Virus record (IMG/VR): IMGVR_UViG_3300037455_000245
Coordinates: 1-64,000 of that record
Length of the DNA: 64,000 bases
DNA from: a virus
Lineage: Duplodnaviria > Caudoviricetes
Reading direction: 5' to 3' (one strand)
The notes below the pieces were generated by a model. The model was not told the DNA's origin. It saw nothing but the letters and a program-made list of their open reading frames with translations, and searched no databases. Shown here one piece after another: positions 1 through 12,606 of this stretch; position 1 is the first letter of the stretch; every line of letters begins with the position of its first letter. The position numbers were made by a program, and so were the translations under genes.

Positions 1-785
1 CCAGTAATGGCTTTCCAGTAGTTTTCATAACCGTTAATCAAATCAAATTCAGGATATATTCTTTCCAAAGGTTTTTCATTCGCCACAGCGGCCGGTACAA
101 ATGACTACAACCATACTGCACGATTAGCCAAATATTCCGGAAAGCTGTTTAAAGTATGACTACCGTATTTAAGATCTACTTTTTTAGGAGTAACATAGAT
201 ATCATTGAATAGCTTTGTATAATCGTCAGTAAATGTACCATCGTCTTTTATTTTTGCATGAGACGGATTTATACCCAATCTATATCCAGGAAGTTTGCCA
301 TTCTTGTGTTTGGGAATATACTTATCATATGCAGCGCCAGGTTTTCTAAGATATTTAGATCTAAATTCTTCACCTTCTTTACTATAATACCAAGCATCTT
401 CGTACATCTTAGTATCATGCCAATTAGGTTTCATTAACTCATATTCACCGGTATCTTTATTAAACGCTGTACTACGAGCATGCCAACTATTATCACCGGT
501 ATTGTACTCGAACATCCCTCTACCTATAGCTTCTGAAAAATTCTTCGGTTTATCGTTTAGCTCCCAATATCTATGAGACCTATATGAGGCTTCAGAAGAC
601 AGTCTTTGATTATCAGGTAAAGAATTAACATACTCATTATACTGAGGATCTGGTGTTATAACCGGCTCTTTAATATATCCACCATCATAAATTTCATCAA
701 TTGGTGTACCGTTTCTATATGCTTCGACACGCTTCCTAAATTCGCTTGGATCTCTGCGTTTAAATTTATTTTGATCTCTACGCAT
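1..785 (-). CDS. hypothetical late protein, 3' partial (TAG=Gln)
   Basis: ORF 105..785 ends in TAG and the frame stays open to the window edge. Confidence 0.75.
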
Positions 786-939
786 AACTCGGATCTATTC
801 TATTACCGATTATGTTAGCAATGATGTTGGTAATGAAATCATTGCCTTCATCATGCTAAACATATCTCAGTATAAGTTTTAACAATTGGTTGTTCTCTCG
901 CGTAAGCTAGAGAAGTTCTTGTTCTTCAGCGTACGTCAT
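766..939 (-). CDS. small hypothetical protein, 57 aa, 3 TAG
   Basis: MTYAEEQELL*LTRENN...; ATG overlaps the portal TGA and the ORF fills the gap. Confidence 0.65.
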
Positions 940-3425
940 TTCTCACCAGATACTTTATTTCGAATAGCAGCTCTAGCTTTTACACGTTCACGTTCCAGAG
1001 CAGCGTCATCTTTCTGCTTCTGTAACTTCATTTCGTGTTGCATACGCTCCTTTTCGAGTTCAATCTTCTTGTCTTCTATCTCTTTCTTCTGACGTGCTTC
1101 ATAACGCTTAGTATACTCATCAGAAGCTATCTTACGTTGTTGTGTAGCATCCTTAGCTATCTCCATAGGATCAGGTATACCATTATTATTAGCATCCTTC
1201 TCTTCTGTACCACGATATGCGCTAATCTCAGCCACAGCAATCTTAGTCTGATTGTCAGCATCAATCTTATAACGCTCAAGCTCCATCTTAGCTTCTTCAA
1301 GCATAAGCTCTTGTTCACGAGCCTCGTTCTGCATCTGCTGCAGTTGTACTGCTTGCTGTTGCTCAGCTTCTTGCTGTTGACGCGTAAGGTCATCCTGACG
1401 TTGCTGCATCTCCAGAAGTTTCTGCTTGATGATGTTGAAGTTGTCGTTTGTAAGAACCTCAGCAGCCTCTAAGAGGCTGGCTCCATTCTGCATAGCCGGC
1501 TGAATAAGCTGCTGCAACTTCTAAATGTTCTCCATATCTTTAGAAGTGTCACTTACAAACACATCCATATCTTCATAGTAGAACTTATCTTGTATGTCTA
1601 TATAAGCTCGTTCACCATTATCGAAGATATAGCTAAGCTTCTTCTTACCTGTTTGTGCCCATACACCTTTAGCTGTATTTAACAGCATATTGAGCACATG
1701 GCGCTTACATTGGTTATGCGCCCAAAACAAAGGCTCTGTGATATGTGAAGATTGTACAACACTACGCTCCACATTACCTACTAGCTCGTTAGAACTAATA
1801 GCGCCTTCGCGCTGTTCTGTAATACCTGAAATAGTTCCAGCTAACTGCTCTATCTTATCCATCAGCTGAATATACTCAGCTATTACGTTCGACATAGTAA
1901 GGTCGAGAGCAGTAATCTAATTAAATGTAGCAGGCTTTCCGCCTTCTCTACCTGGTACGTTCCACCCTTCTTCATATGGGTTTATAAAGTTAACACCTAC
2001 AGAAGACAGATAATGCATCCATCTTTCTGGGGTTATGTTCATGGACTTTGGAATCTGTGTAATATCCATATTGACTACCTTACCCTTATCGCGGGCAATA
2101 GCCAACTCGAGTCTATACCACAGTACAATATACATATACTGCAACGGCTTCAGAATACTGACAAGAGAGCGTGGCCTACTGTTGGTAGCTGAGTAGACAC
2201 ATCCGCAGTATGGAAGCTTCTGAGAATTAGGGTTATCAATTGATACATGCTGGTACTCAAGAGGCTGAATGCCAAAATAAAGATCAGATCCTGCACGGTA
2301 TCCTTCCCAAACCTCTATAATCCAGTCCGGTTCAACGGATATCTCCTGTCCTGTCTTCTTATAAGACTCGTCCATAATTTCTACTTGAGCCTGTCCTGCT
2401 TCATCGAAGTATGTTACATAATATATTTTCTTAAATGACTTCCAGCAGCAGTGCCACACATTGATTGAATTCCTAGACTTTGTATCTAAGAACGGCTCAT
2501 CATATATCTTCATTTGAATGCCGCCGCCAAAGTTATCAATAGGGCTTCTATCACCCATGTCTCTAGTAACTCTGCCGGTAACCATTTCATTGAGTTTATT
2601 AAGATCTTTCTCTGTGAGCTTATCGTAATACCTATCATATACTTCTGCAATAGGCAATTTCATTTTACGACAGCACCACGAAGCGTCCTCTATAAACTCA
2701 AGATCCGGAGATCTATCAAAGTCGAATTCCTCTGGATTTACTCTCTCTACGTAAGGTTCACTGTTCTATATACCAACGTAGTATATCTCAACAGCAGCAA
2801 TAAGAGCATCTTTCCAGCCTTTAATGAACTCGTGATCAATACCTAGCTTCTCGCGCAGGTATGTGAGGGTGTGATATGCTGTGTTTTCTATAACGTCTTT
2901 ATAATCCTTTTGCATATACTTAGCTATAGCCTCAGGTGGCATTATCTCACCTGACTATAACTGTTGCTAGAACTGCTGAGCCTCCTCAGGACCCATCTAT
3001 GAAGTAATAGATGCCATAATATATTGAATAAGCATCTCCTTCTCTTTGTCCATCAATTCTGAAGCGGCTTCTTGCGATGTTCTCACTACCCTGAAGTTCA
3101 TCGGCCTCTTTGTCTCTTCACCTATAAGGAGGTCTACCTTAGGCCTAATTATATTGAAATCTTGAGGTGTAGCGGGAAATCCGTCCTCTACCTTAAACGG
3201 ATTAGTGACACGTTTAAAGTCTTTCTCATCAAAAATAGAATTATAAAGGTTATAGTAGGTTTGTATCTCTCCGTGCCTCGTCTGAGACAAACCGCCAGAC
3301 GAAACATTTCCCTCGCCGATAATATAGTTCACACAATCATGCTGCCATTGTTCATCCTTTTTCTTCAACGGGAGCTTCTGTTGAGGGAAATAACTATTAT
3401 ATAAGTTGTCTTCTACTCTAACCAT
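936..3425 (-). CDS. portal protein, 829 aa (TAG=Gln)
   Basis: Four listed ORF fragments share one frame, joined at TAGs 1521, 1917, 2766, 2955, 2967, 2997; crAss portal-like sequence (FPQQKLP...NIIRPKVDLLIGEE...LVGNVERSV) with coiled-coil C-terminus; next to terminase. Confidence 0.93.
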
Positions 3426-3427
3426 AT

Positions 3428-5491
3428 TTAAAAACTAAATGTCGGTATATCATCTTGTGGCCAACTGTCTTCAGTATCAAACCATTTTTGACTGAATAGA
3501 GGTAGCTCGAAGAGTTCAACCTGTTTGTTTTGTTCTTTTGCAGCGGACACTTTTACCTAGTATAACTCTTCCCTGTATATCATTACCATACACAAGGCTA
3601 TCAGACGGTCTACGTTTTTGATACCGTCATTTTCTATAAGTTCTTCTATTAAGGGTTCGCTGTATACTCTTTCTACATTAGGGTGTCCCGGTTCATACTC
3701 TTCTAATAACCATTCTAGTATCAAACCTTCTCCATATGCCCTAATTTGTTTTGTCATATGACAGCCTTTACGGCGCTGTACTTTACTATCTTTAAAAATC
3801 TCCGTAATTATCTTATCTGGCTGATCAGCAAGTAAGTAGTCGCAATGTTTATTTGTGAAGTAAGGATATATACCCTTACGTTCATTCTCAAACAACAGTC
3901 GGGCATTATAGAACGTAAGAAGTTTTCTCACATTCTCATAATACTCTTCCGCTGTGTCTGGGCGCCCACTATACTCTGCTACAATCACGTCGTTCCAAGC
4001 TTCTCCTGCTCTAACTCTTTTAAAAATAAACGTCGATCCTAGCGAGTTAGTGAACGACTCGTCATGATCATACGGGTCGCAACCGCCAATGTATAATCCG
4101 AAGGGCGGGTCGTTGACGGGGTATTCCCAGACGACTATTGATCCTTCAGGTTTGTCATCTTTCTTCAAATGATAAGTTGTTATATCGCCAGATTTCTTTT
4201 CTGTTGCTTTAACCATACCGTTACCATCCCAAGCTAAATCTACTATATGTTTCATATTCCTTAGTTTAGTATTAGTCCTTATACGGTTAAGCTAATCCAT
4301 TAATAGCTTCCTTGGGAATATGTTTTTACCTAATTCCAAACAAGCTTCTTGCGGTTTTATTGGTCTCTCAGATATAAATCTATCTATAGATTGCTAGCTA
4401 GCACCACCATCCTTTACTTTATTTCTCTATTGTATAGTATCTTCAATGGCTTTGTCTTTATAACTATTGCCATCTTTATCCATAAATCTATATTCACCAC
4501 TCTCATCAAAACCTTCCATGTTTAGATAGAAAGGAGAGAAATAACCACACTTGGTACTCTCTGCTTTGTCATCCCATATATTAGGGAAACTGAGTATATT
4601 AAATGATTCAGGATTGTAAAATAAAGTTTTAAGTCCGTCGAACTAACCACCTTCGGTACCACCAGTACCGAATGCAATCATAAGACCGAATGCTGTACCA
4701 TCGTCGTCTTCCATAGAAGGCTAACCTACACGCCAAGCTGTTTCTAGATTAGGGAACTTACCTCCCTCCTCAAATAGAACTAGCTTACCACGGATACCTC
4801 TTATACGTTCTGGATCATTCTTCAAAGTAATACCAGTAATAGCCGACATGTAACCTTGTTCAGTCTCTTTACCATATTCGTCTTTTACTTTAAATCCTGA
4901 TACACGTTCCATACGTGTTGAAGTAAGTCTTCGTTTGGACCAGTCTGTATTCTTATCTAAGAAGTCCATTATCTACCAAGACTTTGTCAGCAAACCATCG
5001 CCTATTAAGAACTTTTGTTCAGAAGCTATTGCGAAGTTTTTAGACTTCTCTATCAGTTCATAATTGCGTACAAGCATTGATGCACCTTTAAAACTGAAAC
5101 CTTTCTTACGTGCTTTAAGTACAGCTAAATGTTTTCCTTGTTGTTCTGCTTCTTCTACCGCCTAGAAGAAGTAGTAATCACCGTCCCAGAACGAAGGGAA
5201 ATCGAATACACGCTCTCTGCGAATTCTTTTATTGCCAAAGCGGTCAACGTATTCGACATCCTTTCGCGTCATTATGGGACTGTAATTTAAATAGAAATAA
5301 TGGTAGCCTGTAATAGAATCCCCATCATCTGCTACATACCCATTGAGACATCTTTCTGTTTCTCTGTCCCAATACGTATTATAATCGGTTGTACCTCTTG
5401 GGGCAAGAGTGTAGCACCCATTCTTCTAAAAGAATATGGCACTCTATCTAAATTTATCAGTATTAAATATTTTCTTATTAAAGTCTACCAT
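3428..5491 (-). CDS. terL: terminase large subunit, 687 aa (at least 10 TAG)
   Basis: Walker A-like LKARKKGFS, RGIRGKLVLFEEGG, FGTGG, nuclease GCDPYDHD and FENE motifs in one frame. Confidence 0.95.
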
Positions 5492-5503
5492 TATTAATTA
5501 GTT

Positions 5504-6133
5504 TTATAATAAAGCTTCTTCTTCAGCAAGTGCGTAAGAATGCCAATCTGTTATGGTTCCGTTCCATATAGTAGCATGCCAGTTATATGGAGATACATTA
5601 GCACTAGTAATAGACAGTACTGCAATTTTATGAGCATTCGAGCTATCCATTATCTCTACTTTAACTTCAGCATCTGCCATATTTGCAGGAAGATCACTGT
5701 AGTGTACAGTAGACAGATATACTTTACCTTTAACAGCTTCTGCATCATTATCAATAGCTGTAACAAGGTCACTAAACGTTTTGTTGCTAGCTGTAGGCCA
5801 TGATGCAGGGAACGGCTGATTAGAAACGATCGTAATGTTTGTCTCGTTGATCTTTAGCTGTCCGTTTTGATCTTGCTGCACATAACCAGCATCATTGGTA
5901 ATTTGGCTCATTGCGAGAGCGTCAATCTTGTCTTCGATCTCTTTAAGTGTATCAGATGCAGTTGTTGCTCCACCTACTACACTAGCGATCTTAGAGTTGA
6001 TCAATGCTTCTATAGCATTAGCATCAAGCATATCGCCAGATGAATAAGAACCTCCTTCACCAACAATAATGCTAGGTTTAACAGTTATACCTGCGCTATT
6101 CTTTACCGATAGGTTTAATGTAGTCTTATTCAT
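5504..6133 (-). CDS. tail-fibre-associated protein
   Basis: 209-aa ORF; SDTLKEIED segment typical of Bacteroidota phage fibres; context. Confidence 0.6.
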   Translation of the reverse strand: MNKTTLNLSVKNSAGITVKPSIIVGEGGSYSSGDMLDANAIEALINSKIASVVGGATTASDTLKEIEDKIDALAMSQITNDAGYVQQDQNGQLKINETNITIVSNQPFPASWPTASNKTFSDLVTAIDNDAEAVKGKVYLSTVHYSDLPANMADAEVKVEIMDSSNAHKIAVLSITSANVSPYNWHATIWNGTITDWHSYALAEEEALL

Positions 6134-6135
6134 AA

Positions 6136-8364
6136 TTATTCAATTCCAAGTCTAGCTTCGATAGCTGCAAGTCTCTGCTTCAATTCCGCATTCTCCTGCT
6201 TAAGCTTGACGATTTCTCTAGCAGCAGTGACAGCCGAAGCGATAGATGCAGCACTATAATCGAGCGTGAGATATTCACACTGGTCATCATTGTCAAACTG
6301 AGATTTTACGGCATTGGGAATTATATTTTGCCAATCTTGAGCTATAGAGCCAGTGTACAAAATATCATTATCATCCTTATTAAACTTAAAATCTACAATG
6401 CGAGCGTTAGCAATATCCTCTATAGACGGATCTACGTTTCCAACAATCGTTTTAAGACGTTCATCGGACGACTAGTTTACACTAGGAGTGGTTAATGATG
6501 CTGTAGATGTGAAGGTGGTACAGTTGTCAATCGTAACGTTTCCTGATATATGTAACCCTGTACTATTAGATCCAAATCCTGAACCGCTATTATGATCTGC
6601 TCCGTGAGCAATTAAGTGAATTTCATCACCGACTTCTATCTCTGCAGAATGCCAATTATGTACCCAGAATTTACCTTTCCAAGTATAACAATCGTTTGCA
6701 TCGAATCCTGCAGAATTGTTTATTATTTCACACGTACCACCATGAGAATCGTGTCCCTGACGTACAATATTGGGAGTAAGAATAACATCTGCGCTACATT
6801 CTGCGTCTTGTGTATCATATACACTTACTCTAGTTGAGTAGGAAGTCATCTCCCCTTGTTCAATAAACGGTACTGTGTAAACAGATGACATTACGTGTTT
6901 ACTTCCGTCTTCTACTCTAAATCCATGCGGTTCAAACAACGTTCTTGGGGAGAATATACCAGCGTAATGTGATTGTACATACGCAGTGCTACTAGCTACT
7001 TGCGGATCGGTTGAACCTGCTGGAATACTGTCTATATATAATCCAACAATAGGATCTTCTTCGTTGGTCCACCAGTTTTGCACCAAATACGGCATATAAA
7101 TATGTCCACCTATAAACGACGCATGCCCATCGTTATTTATATATGCAACTTCTTTATTATTGTTTATAACGTTAAGGTTATCAGCTGTAATTATTTGGCC
7201 ACTGAGATTAAGTTGATGAGTAGCATCGATATTTATATCGTCACCATTAATTGTTATACTCTATGCAACAGCTGTAATGAACGAACTATCGTTTGAAATC
7301 TGTGTAGTGAGAGCTGCATATAAATCATTACTTGTGGCGTATTGTGTAGCAACAGCTGAACCGAAGTCGCTTACTGCAACAAAACCAGCTGTACTTAACG
7401 CAGTACTTATTTTTCCATCTACAAAGTTGCCGGCATCGGTTTTAGTATTTGATGCCCCAGATCTAGAAAATAACTCTGCCACAGATCTATCAAGGTCGGT
7501 ATTCAATATAAGACCGGCTTGGTTCGTCAAATATGAATCAACGGCGTTAGTTAAATCGTTTCCTAAATATGTACGAATTGTTGAACTCAAACTTGTTGTA
7601 ACAGAATTGCTAAGTGTATCAACTTCTGTTCTAAGAAGTCCAATTAATTGCACAATTGTATTCCCTTCTTGCTACTGTTCTTGTGAGAACGTACCAAGCA
7701 TTGCTACTGCATCATTAATAGAACTCTGTAAGTTTACAAACGCGGTTGTGCCAGTTAGCGTGGTATTAAAATCGTTACTCAGCAAATAATCATTTAAGTC
7801 CGTCTTTAATGCGTATGTACTCAAATCAATATGTGAGATGTCATCCTGGATCCACTCCTATATCATACTTTTTATGAGCGTTCCATTCTTGATTTGATTA
7901 ACATTGCCTGTAATTGAATCAACAGTTTGCACAATTGACGTCCATGCAGAATCTGTATCTTTTAATACACCAACTGTAGTAAGGAATGAGTTTAGCTAAT
8001 CTACAAAACCTTGATATGCAAATACATCGCCGAGATTCTTTTTTAGCCATTGATATTCTGATAATGTGTCATTGATTACACCTGTAATCTCTGTTTGTTT
8101 ATCTGTAACAACATTATCAAGGTCGTGATTAAGATTCTCTATTGCCTGCAATGCGTCTTGTATTGTACTTATAACCGGATTAAGTTTGCCATCTATAACG
8201 CTATTGAGTTCTGAGCTATTGTAACCTCCATAACGGACACCTCCCTTGTATATTGAACGATTGTCGGCAACAAATACAATTGTACGAGAGGCTATTTCTC
8301 CGCTACCGAGTTTTGTCTAATATTCCTCAAGAGTCGGTACAAAATAAAATATTGTATTAATCAT
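6136..8364 (-). CDS. tail fibre with C-terminal intramolecular chaperone (Peptidase_S74-like), 742 aa (TAG=Gln)
   Basis: Fragments are in one frame; SSDERLK...GSIAQDWQ...YLTLDY plus terminal coiled coil. Confidence 0.85.
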
Positions 8365-8375
8365 ATATATATGTT

Positions 8376-8894
8376 TTATCTAGGTATTTCGTAGCGGCCT
8401 ATTATGCCACCACCTTTTACTTTTCCAGTCTCTAACTACTCAGCTTTAGCTTGTTTCATTGCTATATCTAGAGACTTAACAATGTTTCCGACATCCTTAA
8501 GGATGCGTGTAACTTTAATGGCTGTATCTATGTCCATATTGCCCTAAGAGTAGTCGTTTAGAGCAGCTATAAGCCCCTCTGCTGCAGTCTATGATGCGCC
8601 AAGCAATCTAGTACCAGGAGTCTCTTGAAATTCTAGAAATCTCTTTGACAGTTCCTTTACTTCTGCAGTAGGTACATATTTTTCATCACCGAAGACGTCT
8701 TTGGCTACAGTAGAAGCCCTTGTTTCTAAAGGGTATGCTTCATATGGAGTATTCCACTTATGTAACCATATTACATATTCAATCTCCTTCAACGCCAAAG
8801 ACTTATCTATAGCGCTGTTGTAGTGCTCCCTGAACGGGGGTATAGCTAAGTCTTCAGTGTTGAGAGATATTTTACCACCTTTTATGTCAAACAT
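8376..8894 (-). CDS. conserved crAss-type protein, 172 aa (TAG=Gln); possible terminase small subunit
   Basis: Reads through TAG to TAA at 8376; helical; ends GKVKGGGIIGRYEIPR; function is a guess. Confidence 0.6.
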
Positions 8895-8895
8895 A

Positions 8896-9282
8896 CTATT
8901 TTATAATCTTAGAGAACATTTTGTACATTCTCTGCACTAGATACCCAATTAAATAAGCAGCATCTTCACTGTTCTCTGGGATATCGTAGTATGAACATAT
9001 ATGAGACTGAACATGTTTTGCTTCATGTATAGCTGTGTTTACAAATTGACTTACATCGGAAGAAGGTCCTATACAAACTATACTCATCTTATAATCAGAG
9101 TTGCTAAACGTAAATCCTGTATTCTCTTTTGTTAATACTTTAACTGATCTACGTATATCTCTATTTGAGCAACCTAGTTGTTTAAGGGCATCTTGTACTT
9201 CTATGAAGTCCTCTTTGTGTACACCGTAGTATACTAATACATTCCAGCCTCGGTTTCCTAATTGTATATACTGCGCGATCAT
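8896..9282 (-). CDS. HExxH-motif protein (putative Zn metallopeptidase fold)
   Basis: IHEAKH...EDAAYL. Confidence 0.65.
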   Translation of the reverse strand: MIAQYIQLGNRGWNVLVYYGVHKEDFIEVQDALKQLGCSNRDIRRSVKVLTKENTGFTFSNSDYKMSIVCIGPSSDVSQFVNTAIHEAKHVQSHICSYYDIPENSEDAAYLIGYLVQRMYKMFSKIIK

Positions 9283-9776
9283 ACTTGAGTGTTTAGCTTG
9301 TTCTCAAGTCTAGCAAGGATCCCTTCTATACGATCCATGCGTCCAGAGATGTTGTCTATTGCCTCATCCCTTTCTTGCTCTTTGGCGTATATCGGGTTTA
9401 ACTCTTTAAGTATCTTTTCACAAGCTGATATATTTGATTCATGCTACTCAACGTTAGCAAGTATACTTTTACTATTCTCTAACATTGATGTAACCTCCTG
9501 AATCATATTATCTTTAGATTCGCTAAGTACGTAATCTCCATAGGAATGAATAGATGATGTACTAGGTACACCAACAAACTCTTTCCTATCATCTCCTAAC
9601 TTGACAGTTATATCTACTGCTGTCTGAAGGTTTGCTCCAAAGCTCACAGATGGGTTGTAGTTAGGATATAACGGGTGTGGCGCGCTTATGCGCTCTACAT
9701 ATCCCTATAATAATTTAGGTTCTTTGCTCTTATCTAATACATAAAGAGCTGTACCTTGTCTTAATCCTGAAAACAT
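9279..9776 (-). CDS. hypothetical coiled-coil protein, 165 aa (1 TAG)
   Basis: MFSGLRQG... reads through TAG 9444 to TGA. Confidence 0.75.
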
Positions 9777-9830
9777 AATGTTAATAAATTAAGTACAGGT
9801 GGGGACAATAAAGTCCCCACATATACTATA

Positions 9831-10130
9831 TTATACATATCTACCCATCCTGTTTCTACGCATTCCCATCTTACGACGGCGATACATGGTTTTTGTGTCC
9901 ATGTCGTCATCATCAAAGTTGCGCATAGAATAACGATGTGCTTTAAAACCGAGATCTGTACCCTCGTCTGTATCATGCTCCTCTTCATCTTTAGATGTAT
10001 CAAAGCAATCGTACAGAGTATCTTCAAGTTCGCACAGAACCATTTTCTTATGATGTCCAAGTTCGTGAAGCTCGTCTATAAGGTCAAACGCCTTCTCTCT
10101 AGAGGCTTCTCGCATTTCATAAATTACCAT
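9831..10130 (-). CDS. hypothetical protein
   Basis: 99-aa ORF with AT-rich leader. Confidence 0.7.
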   Translation of the reverse strand: MVIYEMREASREKAFDLIDELHELGHHKKMVLCELEDTLYDCFDTSKDEEEHDTDEGTDLGFKAHRYSMRNFDDDDMDTKTMYRRRKMGMRRNRMGRYV

Positions 10131-10155
10131 AATTCAATAAAGTTTAATGTTAATA

Positions 10156-10488
10156 TTATGCACTCATTGCAGATGTCATCTGTAGAATGCTGTTGAATCT
10201 ATCATTAAAGACTGTAATAATACCAGTGCCGGTTATATCAGCAGCTGTTACAGGCGTTCCATTAAAGAAAGTAAGCGGTCTAGAATTACCATTCAGGGTA
10301 ATGTTTACTGGCAATGTACCTGTAGTACCCTCAGGAATAGCATTTTCTATACGAATTGTAAAGTAACCAACCGGTTGTATACGACGGAAACCTAAAGCAA
10401 AGTCTACTGCCGTATCTGTTACGGTTACATTAGTTGTACTTAAATAAGGAACCCCGTTTACATTTGTAGTTACGTTAAAGCGTTCCAT
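10156..10488 (-). CDS. small beta-rich hypothetical protein
   Basis: 110-aa ORF in operon. Confidence 0.75.
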   Translation of the reverse strand: MERFNVTTNVNGVPYLSTTNVTVTDTAVDFALGFRRIQPVGYFTIRIENAIPEGTTGTLPVNITLNGNSRPLTFFNGTPVTAADITGTGIITVFNDRFNSILQMTSAMSA

Positions 10489-10500
10489 AGTTACTTACAA

Positions 10501-11385
10501 TTAGAATGAAATGTTGTTGTTCCAATAACCGCCATAGTAACTACCCATATAAGGAGTAGTATTTACAGCTTGAACGTTAGGCCACTGAACAGGGATTGTA
10601 TTAGGCTGTGAAGCCTTAATAGCTGCGAGCTCAGCGTTAACAGTATTGAATTTCTCGTTTATAAATGCAGTCTGAGCGGCATTGTTAGCATTAGAACGTA
10701 ACAGAGCATTGTCAGCAGTGAGGCTATTGATCTTATCCTGCAGCTCTCTCTTCTCGAGGTCACAGAACTTATCGTTGATCATTACACTCTGATTCTGGAT
10801 AGCATCTACTATGTCGCGAGTATTGCGCTCAGCTTGTGTGCTCAGCGAGTTCGTCTGCTGACATACAGCAAGCTGATCTGCTGCCTGGTTTGCGGCCATT
10901 TGTGACTGCAGTGTGTTCGTCTGGTTAGCAATAGCCAAACGGTTCTCACAGCAGCACTGGCAGATCTGACTTGCGATCGATGCGTTACCACTCTGTATGG
11001 CGTTCTAAATCTGTAAACCACTCATACCCACCTGAGTACCTACGGAAGTGATAGCATTGTTAAGCGTGAATATACCATTCTGTACCGTGTTTACTTCTGT
11101 ATTCAACAGATTAGCCAGGTTCTGAATGGCAGTACCATTACCTTGAATAGCGTTCATAAGCAACTCACGACCGCTATCGTTTGCAATCTGGTTAGAAAGG
11201 AACCCGTTAGAGCCATTGTTGCCCCAAGCGCCATTACCTCCCCATCCCCAAATCAGCCAAAGGAACAGAATCCATATCCAGTTATTGCCACCAAATCCAC
11301 CATTGTTGTTTAAAGCCAAAAGCAGGTTTGGATCAATGTTATTACCTCCCATCTCAGGGAACATCATGATTTTAGAACTTTCCAT
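10501..11385 (-). CDS. Gly/Asn-rich membrane-anchored coiled-coil protein, 294 aa (1 TAG)
   Basis: WIWILFLWLIWGWGG segment; two listed ORFs join across TAG 11005. Confidence 0.8.
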
Positions 11386-11457
11386 AATTTAAAAAATGTT
11401 AATGTTAATAAATAAAGTTAGTTGTTAATAATCCAGTTATACAGTTGGTCTGTTTAG

Positions 11458-11546
11458 CGCGTGGTGAGGGAATCGAACCATCTACTACGGTGCTCTCGAA
11501 ACACTTTATGTGCCTGTCTCCCGCTTTACCATTAAGCTAACCACGC
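11458..11546 (-). tRNA. tRNA-like element with aberrant anticodon arm
   Basis: Acceptor GCGTGGT/ACCACGC, D arm TAGCTTAATGGTAAAGC, T loop GGTTCGATTCC; no canonical 7-nt anticodon loop. Confidence 0.6.
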
Positions 11547-11607
11547 CATCCCTGTGTTATACAGTTAGGGCTCTGTTATTTTATTTAAATTGCGTATGAT
11601 AATCAAA

Positions 11608-12606
11608 TCATGTATTCTACGGTTGCTCTAGCCATTTCTACACTAAATCGTTTCCTGTATATTCAGAAAACCGTTTCAAAAGTACAGTACCGTTTGACAC
11701 TCTTGATGAAATCTACGGGTGGTTTAACCATGTATTATACTAAGAATCCTATACCCATATTGTATATATATTATTCGAAGCTAAACACCATGATGACCAA
11801 CCTGATACTAATGACAAATCTAAATTTGTGCAATACATAAATATATCGCAAGGTGTTGTAGTTTCACCAACTGCCAGACCACCATGTGGAAATCCATAAA
11901 CAGATGGAGCACATACTATTTTTTTTAACTTTGGGCAATTACCTCTTGGTAATGGTGCTTCCGTTCCAGTATAATTATTTGATGTAGATGTATCAACTAT
12001 TTCAAGATTTGGGTACGACCAATCGGAATTTGCTATATCTATACGGGTGGCCAGTTTTGGACAATATATTTCTACTAAATTATTCATTGTTTTAAATATA
12101 GGAATATAAAATCCACCCATCGTGCCATTCATCACATTAAGATCAACAATTTCCGGAAAATGCAATATTTGCTATAATGTTGAATACTATACAGCGTTTG
12201 TTGCATTAGACAAATTCTATCCAAAATAACTTGGATTTCCAAGATACCCGTATATACCAGCACCACTCTACCAATCGTCGATCAACATAGACCACTGTGC
12301 TTCAGTAATACCACTACCGTCTCCTGCTGGGCAGTTTGCAAAAAACCTTGCTGCATTAGGATCTACAAAAGATTTATAATAATTATCTGCAGTTATATAT
12401 AAAGGACCTTTATTGTTTGTACTATTAAACTATTGTTCAAGATAATTTTTATATTCCCTATATGTTCCAGAAACATGCAAATTTCCAATTAGATTACTAT
12501 TCTGATCTAGATTGCCACTGATTGCAAATTCGTACAACTTTGTTATAACGGAATTACTTACATACTAAGTAGAACCGTCGTCTTGTTCTATTCTTAAATG
12601 TGTCAT
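11608..12606 (-). CDS. BspA/LRR-like putative receptor-binding protein, 332 aa (TAG=Gln)
   Basis: MTHLRIEQ...; LRR-like units (NLVEIYCPKL, PNLEIVD, CPKLKKIV); ATG overlaps the upstream TGA. Confidence 0.75.

Noticed and set aside
11608-12606. Diversity-generating retroelement target
   Set aside because: No reverse transcriptase or template/variable repeat pair seen in the window
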